Source: Acidimicrobiia bacterium
GTDB lineage: Bacteria; Actinomycetota; Acidimicrobiia; Spongiisociales; ZC4RG35
Assembly (NCBI GenBank): GCA_041599115.1
Contig: JBFHXF010000001.1
Coordinates: forward strand, 1-57,596
Length of the DNA stretch: 57,596 nt
Direction of reading: 5' to 3'
The notes under the pieces were generated by a model that was not told where the DNA came from, did no database searches, and worked only from the letters and a program-made list of their open reading frames with translations. Position numbers and translations under genes: made by a program. Positions 9,077 to 17,300 of this stretch are shown in pieces (the first letter of the stretch is position 1; each line of letters begins with the position of its first letter).

Positions 9077-9469
9077 TCAGGCCAGTTCGATCTCCTCGAC
9101 CTCGTGCCCTCGAATGAGGAAACCTCTCAACCGGTCGTTTCCAACGATGATGTAGACCCATCCCGGTTCCAAGGCGCGTTGAACGTCGATGAGTGACGGG
9201 GTCGCCGGGCCCTCAGGATGTGAATGGAACACTCCGGAAAGCTCCCACCCCCTGGTCTCGGCATGCCGTAGGGCGGCGAAATGCTCATCTGGGTCGATCG
9301 TGTAGCTGATGGGCGTGGGATCGCAGTTCGTCAGCGGATAGGCAAATCGAATGCGCCCGCTGCTGTCAGAGGCGAGCAGCCCGCAGCACTCATTGGGGGT
9401 AGATGTCTCGGCGTGCGACCGGATCGCGGCGCGAACGTCTTCAGGAAGATGAAGTGGTTCTCGCAACAT
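9077..9469 (-). CDS. mec: JAMM/MPN+ metalloprotease (Mec/Mov34 family)
   Basis: 130 aa. ECCGLL...FHSHPEGPATPSLID is the E..HxHx7Sx2D JAMM motif. Confidence 0.85.
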   Translation of the reverse strand: MLREPLHLPEDVRAAIRSHAETSTPNECCGLLASDSSGRIRFAYPLTNCDPTPISYTIDPDEHFAALRHAETRGWELSGVFHSHPEGPATPSLIDVQRALEPGWVYIIVGNDRLRGFLIRGHEVEEIELA

Positions 9470-10622
9470 TCCCAGCCGGACGACAGAGATCGTCGTACTC
9501 GATGATCACCGGTGGCATCGCAGGATCGGCGCACGCCGGGCATTGCGGGTCCCGGTCGAGCCTCACGGTGGTGAACTCCTCTTCGAGTGCGTCGTAGATC
9601 AACAACCGTCCCGTCAAGGTCTCGCCAATCCCGAGCAACAGCTTGATCGTCTCCATTGCCTCAATGGAGCCGATGATTCCGGGGAGAACACCAAGCACGC
9701 CCGCTTCGGCGCACGATGGTGCCAGTTCCGGCGGGGGAGGTTCGGGAAAGAGACATCGATAACAGGGACCGACATAGGGGTGGAATACCGACGCCTGGCC
9801 TTCGAAACGGAATATGGCCCCGTGCACCACCGGCACCCTCAGATGCAGTGAGGCGTCATTCACCAGGTAACGCGTGGGGAAGTTGTCCCCGCCGTCAACG
9901 ACGACGTCGTACCCCGACATGATTCGAAGGGCGTTGTCGGCACCCAGCCGCTCGGTGTGCGCGACCACTTTGACGTCGGGGTTCAACGCGGTCAGAGTCT
10001 CACGGGCGGACTCGGTCTTGTGCATCCCCACACGGTCCAGATTGTGGAGAATCTGCCGCTGGAGATTCGTGGTGTCGACCACGTCATAGTCGACGATCCC
10101 GATGGTGCCAACTCCGGCGGCGGCGAGATAGAGAGCCGCCGGGGAGCCCAGCCCTCCGGCACCGATCAGCAGGACCTTTGACCCGAGCAGGGCCACCTGA
10201 CCGTCTTCTCCCACCCCGGGGAGGAGGACATGTCGCGAATACCGGTCTCGCTGATCTGCGGTGAGCCCTTCTCCAGTCGACCAGGTCCTACCCTCTGCCT
10301 TCCAGCGGTCGAATCCCCCTGCCATGGACGAGACCTTCTCATATCCCATCACCCGTAGGCTGAGTGCGGCGAGTGCCGAACGATTACCGGCTGCGCAGTA
10401 GATAACGAGAGGTCCACGCTTGTCGGGGAACACGCCGGCGATATCGCGCTCGAGAAGACCCCTTGGTAGGAGACGCGCTCCGGGAATCGCCCCCTGTTCG
10501 AACTCAGAGGGTTCCCGTACATCGATGACTGAGACCGATCCCAGCAGCGCCTCGAGGGCGGCCGGCTCGATCTCTTCCACTTGCGCTTTGGCGGCGGCGA
10601 CGAGTTCGCGATAGGTCGGCAT
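9441..10622 (-). CDS. rhodanese-ThiF/MoeB fusion: E1-like adenylyltransferase/sulfurtransferase (MoeZ-like, reversed domain order)
   Basis: ATG 10622 overlaps the aceE stop (TGATG). N-terminal rhodanese with active loop CAAGNRS. ThiF core LLIGAGGLGSPAALYLAAAGVG. Zn motifs CYRC and CPAC. The 10623-10970 part of the track ORF is antisense-free read-through inside aceE and was dropped. Confidence 0.85.
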   Translation of the reverse strand: MPTYRELVAAAKAQVEEIEPAALEALLGSVSVIDVREPSEFEQGAIPGARLLPRGLLERDIAGVFPDKRGPLVIYCAAGNRSALAALSLRVMGYEKVSSMAGGFDRWKAEGRTWSTGEGLTADQRDRYSRHVLLPGVGEDGQVALLGSKVLLIGAGGLGSPAALYLAAAGVGTIGIVDYDVVDTTNLQRQILHNLDRVGMHKTESARETLTALNPDVKVVAHTERLGADNALRIMSGYDVVVDGGDNFPTRYLVNDASLHLRVPVVHGAIFRFEGQASVFHPYVGPCYRCLFPEPPPPELAPSCAEAGVLGVLPGIIGSIEAMETIKLLLGIGETLTGRLLIYDALEEEFTTVRLDRDPQCPACADPAMPPVIIEYDDLCRPAGNVARTTSSS

Positions 10623-13342
10623 CAGTGCTGCCTCGCCGGGTCGGGTCGATCCGGGTCGATGTCGTATCGTCGAAACGCATCCCGAACCAGCGAGGGCTCG
10701 ACGAGACCGTCGGCGGCGAGAGACGACAGCGTTGCCACGACGATGTTGGCGGCATCGATCTCGAAGAACCTTCTCAAGGCCGTCCTCGAATCGGATCGTC
10801 CGAACCCATCGGTGCCAAGTGTCACATAAGTGCCCGGCACCCACCTCGACACCTGATCTGGAACCAGCTTCATGAAATCGGTGACGGCAATCTTCGGGCC
10901 TTTGATCGGAGCGAGTTTCTCGGTGATGATTGGGACGCGGCGTGGTCGATCGGGATGGAGGAGGTTCCACCGATCGACAGCCAGTCCGTCTTCTCTGAGA
11001 CGCTTGTAGGACGTCGCCGACCAGAGCTCTGCGCCGATCTGGTAATTCTCGACGAGTTCGTCGGCCGCCTCACGCGCCGCGAGATTCGCCGAACCGGAGA
11101 AGATGATGGCTGCAGACGGGCCGGACGTGTCCGGCGCGTCCTTCCACTTGTAGAGACCGTCGATGATCCCCCGGTCCACTCCTTCAGGGCGAGCCGGCTG
11201 GCTGTAGTTCTCGTTGTAAAGGGTGAGGTAATAGAAGACGTCTTCCGGGTCGGGCCCGTACATCCGCCGGATCCCGTCCTCGACGAGCACACCAACCTCG
11301 TATGCGAATGCCGGGTCGTAAGCCTGGCAGACCGGAACCGTTGCGGCCAGGATCAAACTGTGGCCATCCTGATGCTGCAGGCCCTCGCCTTGCAGCGTCG
11401 TTCTCCCGGCGGTGGCTCCCAGGAGAAAACCCCTGGCCCGCGAGTCGGCTGCTGACCAGATGAGGTCACCGACTCGTTGGAAGCCGAACATCGAGTAGAA
11501 GATGAAGAAGGGGACCATGGGCACTCCACGGGTGGCGTAGGAGGTCGCAGCCGAGATCCAGGAGGCCAACGACCCGGCCTCGGTGATGCCCTCCTCGAGA
11601 ATCTGGCCGTCCTGGCTCTCGGTATAGGAGAGCAGCATCGAGGCGTCAACCGGTTCGTAGAGCTGGCCCTGGGAGGCATAGATCTTCAGCTCCCTGAACA
11701 GCGAATCCATTCCAAAAGTCCTGGCCTCATCCGGGACGATGGGTACTACCCGCTCGCCGAACTCCTCGACCCTGCTCAGATTGCGAAGAAGGCGGGTGAA
11801 GGCCGACGTCGTCGAGGCCTCGACCTTGCCGGACCCAGCATGGATCTCGGCGTAGGCGTCCGGGCCGGGCAGGGTCAGCGGCGTGTCTCGGACCTGGCGC
11901 GTGGGCACCGGGCCACCCAGTGCGTCGCGATGAGACCGGAGATAATCGAACTCGGGGGTGCCCGGTCCCGGCCGGAAGTACGGAGGCTCGGCCTCGCCGT
12001 CGAGAGCCTCCGCGGGGATCTCCTCCTCGAGGTGGAGGGTCGTCCTCAGCGCCATCAATTGCCTGTTGGTCAGCTCCTTGATCTGATGGGTGGCGTTGCG
12101 CCCTTCCACGTCTGGTCCCAGGGTCCAGCCTTTGATGGTCTTCGCCAGAATCACGGTGGGTTTTCCGTTGTCAACTTCCGTCGCCACTTTGTAGGCGGCG
12201 TACACCTTGCGAAAGTCGAGTCCACCACGTCTCAGTCTCCAGATCTCCTCATCGGACATGTCGGCGACCATCTCCCTGGTGCGAGGGTCCTTGCCGAAGA
12301 AGTGATCTCGCACATAAGCACCGTTCTCTGCCTTGTAACGCTGGTACTCACCGTCGACGGTGGTGTTCATCACATTCACCAGTGCCCCGTCGCGATCGCG
12401 CGCCAGCAGGGGATCCCAGCCTTTTCCCCAGATCACCTTGATCACATTCCATCCCGCGCCACGGAAGACAGCCTCCAGTTCGGTGATGATCTGCCCATTG
12501 CCCCTCACCGGGCCGTCAAGACGCTGCAGATTGCAGTTGATCACCCAGATGAGGTTGTCGAGACCTTCCCTGGTGGCGAGTGAGATGGCGCCCAGAGTCT
12601 CGGGCTCATCGGTCTCCCCGTCGCCGATGAAGCACCAGACCTTGGAATTGGAAGTGTCGTCGAGACCGCGGTTGCCGAGGTATTTGTTGAACCGGGCCTG
12701 GTAGATGGAGTTGATCGGGCCGATTCCCATGGACACCGTGGGAAACTCCCAGAACTCAGGCATGAGTCTGGGATGGGGATACGAAGAGAGGCCCTCGCCG
12801 CCGATCTCGGACCGGAAATTGTCGAGGTGCTTCTCGTCAAACCGACCCTCGAGATAGGCGCGGGCATATATGCCGGGAGCGGCATGTCCCTGGAAATAGA
12901 CATGATCACCGCCACCGGGTGCGTTCTTGCCTCTAAAGAAGTGATTGAAGCCAATCTCGTAGAGCGTGGCCGATGAGGCGAAGGTTGAGAGATGACCGCC
13001 GATGCCCTTCTGGCGATGGTTGGCCTTGATGACCATCACAGCCGCGTTCCACCTGATGAAACGTCGAATGCGACGCTCGATGTGTTCGTCACCGGGGAAT
13101 TCGGGCTCATCCTCTGGTGGGATCGTGTTGATGTATGGCGTGGCGATTGCCCGCGGTATGCCCAGATTGTTCTCATGAGCCCGCTCGATGAGCTTGGCGA
13201 CCAGGAATTGCGCCCGATCAACTCCTTGCTGGGTGGCGACGGCGTCGAGCGAATCGATCCATTCCCTGGTTTCGACGGGATCGCTGTCGGGTATTTGGTT
13301 GACGAACTCTTCCCCGAGCGTCCGCCCGAGATCGCTAGGCAT
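10622..13342 (-). CDS. aceE: pyruvate dehydrogenase E1 component, homodimeric type
   Basis: 906 aa with full-length similarity to AceE (..DPVETREWIDSLD.., GDGETDEPE, transketolase-like middle and C-terminal domains). Confidence 0.95.
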   Translation of the reverse strand: MPSDLGRTLGEEFVNQIPDSDPVETREWIDSLDAVATQQGVDRAQFLVAKLIERAHENNLGIPRAIATPYINTIPPEDEPEFPGDEHIERRIRRFIRWNAAVMVIKANHRQKGIGGHLSTFASSATLYEIGFNHFFRGKNAPGGGDHVYFQGHAAPGIYARAYLEGRFDEKHLDNFRSEIGGEGLSSYPHPRLMPEFWEFPTVSMGIGPINSIYQARFNKYLGNRGLDDTSNSKVWCFIGDGETDEPETLGAISLATREGLDNLIWVINCNLQRLDGPVRGNGQIITELEAVFRGAGWNVIKVIWGKGWDPLLARDRDGALVNVMNTTVDGEYQRYKAENGAYVRDHFFGKDPRTREMVADMSDEEIWRLRRGGLDFRKVYAAYKVATEVDNGKPTVILAKTIKGWTLGPDVEGRNATHQIKELTNRQLMALRTTLHLEEEIPAEALDGEAEPPYFRPGPGTPEFDYLRSHRDALGGPVPTRQVRDTPLTLPGPDAYAEIHAGSGKVEASTTSAFTRLLRNLSRVEEFGERVVPIVPDEARTFGMDSLFRELKIYASQGQLYEPVDASMLLSYTESQDGQILEEGITEAGSLASWISAATSYATRGVPMVPFFIFYSMFGFQRVGDLIWSAADSRARGFLLGATAGRTTLQGEGLQHQDGHSLILAATVPVCQAYDPAFAYEVGVLVEDGIRRMYGPDPEDVFYYLTLYNENYSQPARPEGVDRGIIDGLYKWKDAPDTSGPSAAIIFSGSANLAAREAADELVENYQIGAELWSATSYKRLREDGLAVDRWNLLHPDRPRRVPIITEKLAPIKGPKIAVTDFMKLVPDQVSRWVPGTYVTLGTDGFGRSDSRTALRRFFEIDAANIVVATLSSLAADGLVEPSLVRDAFRRYDIDPDRPDPARQH

Positions 13343-13427
13343 ATGGGTGGATCCTAGTTAGAGGTCGGTTTTGGACACGGCCGGCCGGCCCGGCCATCGG
13401 GCTTTCAGCCCAGGTTTTCGGCCCCGG

Positions 13428-13459
13428 CCAACCGGCAGTTATCGTGCGTCTCCGGTTGG
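13428..13459. promoter_or_regulatory. perfect 8-bp inverted repeat CCAACCGG-N16-CCGGTTGG in the aceE/ABC divergent intergenic region
   Basis: Read directly. Lies 17 nt upstream of the ABC ATPase GTG start. Could be an operator or a 5'-UTR hairpin. Confidence 0.3.
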
Positions 13460-13475
13460 CTGACAGGGAGAATCA

Positions 13476-14414
13476 GTGGCACCCGTTTTGATTGCCGAGG
13501 GCATGGTCAAGACCTTCGGGGACCTGGTCGCGGTCAATGGTGTCGACCTCGAGATCGCGGCTGGGGAGACCTTTGGCCTCCTCGGTCCCAACGGAGCCGG
13601 CAAGACAACGAGTATCTCCATCGTGGGTGGCCTCTTGCATCCGGATAGGGGAACGGTGACAGTGGCCGGAGTCCCGGTGTCGGCGGAATCAACCAAGGGC
13701 AAGGCAGCCATCGGGCTCGTCCCCCAGGATCTGGCGATCTACCCCGACCTGACCGCGGTGGAGAACCTGACCTTTTTTGGCCGTCTGTACAGCATGAACG
13801 GGGCCGACCTCAGGTCGAGGGTCGATGAGGTGCTCGAAGTCATCGGCCTAAGCGAACGGCGCGACGACCTCGTCAAAGAGTTCTCCGGTGGGATGAAACG
13901 AAGGTTGAACATCGGGATCGGCCTCCTCCACAAACCGCAGCTGCTCATCCTCGATGAGCCCACCGTCGGTGTCGACCCCCAATCTCGCAATGCGATCCTC
14001 GAATCAGTGGAGCAGCTCAGCGGCGAGGGGATGGCCGTCCTCTACACGACCCATTACATGGAAGAGGCGGAACGTCTGTGTGACCGGGTGGCAATCATCG
14101 ACGAAGGGACGATCAAGGCGGAGGGGACCCGGCGTGAGCTGGTCTCAATGATCGGGCAGAGAGACAGAGTGACCGTCTCGGCGTCGGGTGATCTCCAAAA
14201 AGCCGCCGAGGCAGTGCGCCGACTGCCCGATGTGTCGGAGGCGAGCCCGTCGGATCACAGGATCGAGATCCTTGCAAACGAGGCGGCGAAGCTGCTGCCG
14301 GCACTGTTGGCCTCGATCGCCGCCACCGGGGCAGCGGTCACCGGCGTTCAGGTCATCGAACCCAATCTCGAGGCGGTGTTCCTCCACGTCACCGGGAAGG
14401 CGCTTCGTGACTGA
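13476..14414 (+). CDS. ABC transporter ATP-binding protein (ABC-2/DrrA-like exporter)
   Basis: Walker A GPNGAGKTT, signature FSGGMKRRL, Walker B LLILDEPT. Confidence 0.9.
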   Translation: MAPVLIAEGMVKTFGDLVAVNGVDLEIAAGETFGLLGPNGAGKTTSISIVGGLLHPDRGTVTVAGVPVSAESTKGKAAIGLVPQDLAIYPDLTAVENLTFFGRLYSMNGADLRSRVDEVLEVIGLSERRDDLVKEFSGGMKRRLNIGIGLLHKPQLLILDEPTVGVDPQSRNAILESVEQLSGEGMAVLYTTHYMEEAERLCDRVAIIDEGTIKAEGTRRELVSMIGQRDRVTVSASGDLQKAAEAVRRLPDVSEASPSDHRIEILANEAAKLLPALLASIAATGAAVTGVQVIEPNLEAVFLHVTGKALRD

Positions 14415-14417
14415 GCG

Positions 14418-15602
14418 GTGAGCGCTTCGACTCGGATCGCGTCGAAGGACCTCAAGCTGAGGGTCCGCGACCGGTCGGCAATCATCATCGGGATCGTCGC
14501 CCCACTGACATTGGCGTTCATCTTCAACCTGACCTTCGGAAGTGCCCTCGATACCACTTCCCTCGATCTCCATTTCGGCCTGGTCGACCAGGACCAGACC
14601 ACCACCTCTGCGTCCTTCAAGACTGTGCTGGATGATCTAGAGGGGCAGGGCATGGCCACCATTGTCTCTTACCCCTCCGCCGCTTCGGCCGAGTCTGCCA
14701 TCGCCGCGGGCGATATCGATGCCTACTTCCTCCTCCAGCCGGGGATGGGACAGGCGATTCAAACCGGTGCACCCTACGTCATCAAGGTGGTGGGCGACAT
14801 CGACCACCCGACCTCGACCCAGATAGCAACTTCGATCGCGGAGCAATATGGCCAGGGTGTGATCACGGTGCAGACCGCGCTCGGGGTCAGCGTCGAGATG
14901 AGCCAGACCCCGCCCAGCCCACTCGATCTCGTTTCATGGAGCCAGGCCGCGGCGCAACAGGCGCGAGGTTTTCAATTCGTCCCGGTGGCAGCGGCCACTC
15001 GCCAACTCGACGGCCCGACCTTCTTCGCCGCCGGCATGGCCGTCTTCTTCCTCTTCTTCACGGTTCAGTTCGGTGTCTCAGGGGTGCTCGAGGAGGAGCG
15101 TGAGGGGACCCTGACGCGGCTCCTGGCTGCACCGATACCCCGGCGCAGCCTCATTCTTGGAAAAGCGATCCTGGCTTTCGCTCTTGGTATCATCTCGATG
15201 ACCGTACTGGTCATTGCCACCTCGCTCCTCATGGGGTCCGATTGGGGTGCGCCTCTTGGTGTCGCGATTCTGGTGATAGCGGGTGTGCTGTCCGCTATTG
15301 CCATACTGGGAGTGGTAGCTGCCGTCGCCAAGACGCCGGAAGGGGCGGGGAATCTGGGGTCGATCATCGCGGTTACCCTGGGCATGCTCGGCGGGACCTT
15401 CTTCCCGGTGGGCCGTGCCGACGATCTCCTCTCCAAACTCTCCTTGATCACTCCTCACGCCTGGTTCATGCGTGGTCTCGGCGACTTGGCCGGCGATGCT
15501 CCATGGACCGCGGCCTTACCTGCGTCAGGTGCGATCACGGTTTTCGCCCTTGTCTTCGGAAGTGTCGCCTGGATGTTGCTGCGGCGGAGGATGAGCCGAT
15601 GA
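14418..15602 (+). CDS. ABC-2 type transporter permease
   Basis: 394 aa. N-terminal TM, large extracytoplasmic loop, then 5 C-terminal TMs. Starts 4 nt after the ATPase gene. Confidence 0.8.
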   Translation: MSASTRIASKDLKLRVRDRSAIIIGIVAPLTLAFIFNLTFGSALDTTSLDLHFGLVDQDQTTTSASFKTVLDDLEGQGMATIVSYPSAASAESAIAAGDIDAYFLLQPGMGQAIQTGAPYVIKVVGDIDHPTSTQIATSIAEQYGQGVITVQTALGVSVEMSQTPPSPLDLVSWSQAAAQQARGFQFVPVAAATRQLDGPTFFAAGMAVFFLFFTVQFGVSGVLEEEREGTLTRLLAAPIPRRSLILGKAILAFALGIISMTVLVIATSLLMGSDWGAPLGVAILVIAGVLSAIAILGVVAAVAKTPEGAGNLGSIIAVTLGMLGGTFFPVGRADDLLSKLSLITPHAWFMRGLGDLAGDAPWTAALPASGAITVFALVFGSVAWMLLRRRMSR

Positions 15603-16762
15603 AGGTGGCCGTGATCGCCATGACCAACGTCAGGCGGATGCTCCGCGAGCGATCCAACATCTTTTTCGTCTTCGTCCTCCCACTCGCCATCATCCTTCTC
15701 ATCGGAGCCCAGTTTGGAGGCAGCTTCGAACCGGCAGTGGGGTACCACTCAGCCGACGATGACGTGATCGCACGGTCGATCATCACCGCGCTGGGGTCAA
15801 CAGATGGGTTGGACCTGGTGAGCTATTCCTCATCCGACGACCTCTTGAAGGCGGTGGAGCGGGGCCAGGTGCAGGCAGGCATCTTCCTGCCCGCGGGGAT
15901 TGGGGCCAGCGCTCGCGCCGGTGAGACGGTGGATATCGGGTTCTTGGCAAGACCCGACGGATTCGGGGCGCAGCTGCAGTCCACTGTTGGGGCGGCGGTG
16001 TCAGAGGTGATGACCCCGGTCGCTGCCGCCCACTTTGCCGCTACTCAGACCGGCGGTGATTTCGATCAGGCCCTCGCTTTGGCTACCGACTATGTCAGGT
16101 CATTGAACACTGTGAGGGTCGAGACCTCCGCGGTTGGTGAAGCCCTCTTCCCATCGACGCTGGGCCGTTTCGACTTGGGAGCTGCACAGCAACTCGTGTT
16201 GTTTGTGTTCCTCACCGCACTGACCGGGTCCTCGGCCCTCATCTTGACCAGGCAACTCGGCATATCCCGACGCATGCTCTCCACCCCAACTGCCGTTGGG
16301 ACCATCGTGGTGGGCGAGGGCACCGGACGCTGGGCAACGGCCATGGTGCAGGGTCTCTATATCGCTGTCGCCACGCTGATCCTCTTCAGGGTCAACTGGG
16401 GTGATCCGCTGGCAGCCTTCTTGGTCCTGGTCGCCTTCTCCGCGGTCGGGGCCGGGACCGGAATCTTGATGGGCTCCCTGTTCTCCAACGACCAGCAGGC
16501 GGCGGGAGTCGGCATCGTGTTGAGTCTGGGTTTGGCCGCCTTGGGGGGCTCGATGGTGCCCGCCGAGCTGTTCTCCCCGATGCTGCAACGAGTGGCTCAT
16601 CTCACACCACACGCCTGGGCGCTCGATGCCTTCGCCGAACTGGTGCGCCGGGGTGGGACGGTGGCGGACATCCTGCCCGAACTTGGTGTGCTCGCCCTAT
16701 ACGCCGCCGCTCTGTTCGTCGTGGCATCCTTCAGGTTGCGAAGAGTGATCACACGGGTTTGA
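15599..16762 (+). CDS. ABC-2 type transporter permease (second subunit)
   Basis: ATG 15599 overlaps the upstream stop (ATGA). Same topology as the previous permease. The 15242 start in the track lies inside the previous gene. Confidence 0.8.
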   Translation: MKVAVIAMTNVRRMLRERSNIFFVFVLPLAIILLIGAQFGGSFEPAVGYHSADDDVIARSIITALGSTDGLDLVSYSSSDDLLKAVERGQVQAGIFLPAGIGASARAGETVDIGFLARPDGFGAQLQSTVGAAVSEVMTPVAAAHFAATQTGGDFDQALALATDYVRSLNTVRVETSAVGEALFPSTLGRFDLGAAQQLVLFVFLTALTGSSALILTRQLGISRRMLSTPTAVGTIVVGEGTGRWATAMVQGLYIAVATLILFRVNWGDPLAAFLVLVAFSAVGAGTGILMGSLFSNDQQAAGVGIVLSLGLAALGGSMVPAELFSPMLQRVAHLTPHAWALDAFAELVRRGGTVADILPELGVLALYAAALFVVASFRLRRVITRV

Positions 16763-16769
16763 GGATCAA

Positions 16770-17300
16770 ATGACGCAGATGTCCAATGAGACGGTCCTGA
16801 CCCCCGGTGGGTGTCTCGGACGAGTTCTGACCTGGGTGGGCAGCGCCTGGCTGGCACTGATAATCATCGCCGGCCTGGGGGCCTTTCGTGGGAGTCCGCT
16901 CGATGAGATAGTTTCGATTGTGGGCGCCAGCCTTGTGCCGGCCGTGTTGCTCATCGCAGCGGGAACGGCCCTGAGACGTCGCCAGAAGGCAGTCGAACGA
17001 CAAGCTGAGCCCGTTGTTGTGCCGCGGCGACCCCAGGGCCCTCGTCGCCCGCCGCCGCCGGCCCCTGTGAAGAAGCCGGCCCCAAGGGCACCGGAGCCAC
17101 CCGCGTACGGCGTGCCGGAGCCCGACCAGGATGATCTCCGGGAAAGGCTCGAGAGCGGCGCGGAGGATGAATTTGATCCTGCTTCCCACCCCATGTTCGA
17201 TTTCGACTTCGGTATCGGTGCCGGAGGTATGCCGAAGACCTCCAAGGAGATGATCGAGGAGGCGAAACGGCGGTTGAGAGAGCAGGATCCTCCGAACTAG
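16770..17300 (+). CDS. membrane protein with proline-rich linker, hypothetical
   Basis: 176 aa. Two TMs, then PRRPQGPRRPPPPAPVKKPAPRAPEPPAYGVPEP and an acidic tail. Starts 7 nt after the ABC-2 operon. Confidence 0.55.
   Translation: MTQMSNETVLTPGGCLGRVLTWVGSAWLALIIIAGLGAFRGSPLDEIVSIVGASLVPAVLLIAAGTALRRRQKAVERQAEPVVVPRRPQGPRRPPPPAPVKKPAPRAPEPPAYGVPEPDQDDLRERLESGAEDEFDPASHPMFDFDFGIGAGGMPKTSKEMIEEAKRRLREQDPPN

Noticed and set aside
10623-10970. N-terminal extensions offered by the ORF track (9441-10970, 6957-8228, 15242-16762, 37398-39347, 3784-4539, 45953-47017, 49240-49887, 41037-41291, 40819-41142)
   Set aside because: The extensions overlap the preceding gene and translate to junk. Internal starts coincide with stop-start overlaps, signal peptides or the conserved N-termini of the family.
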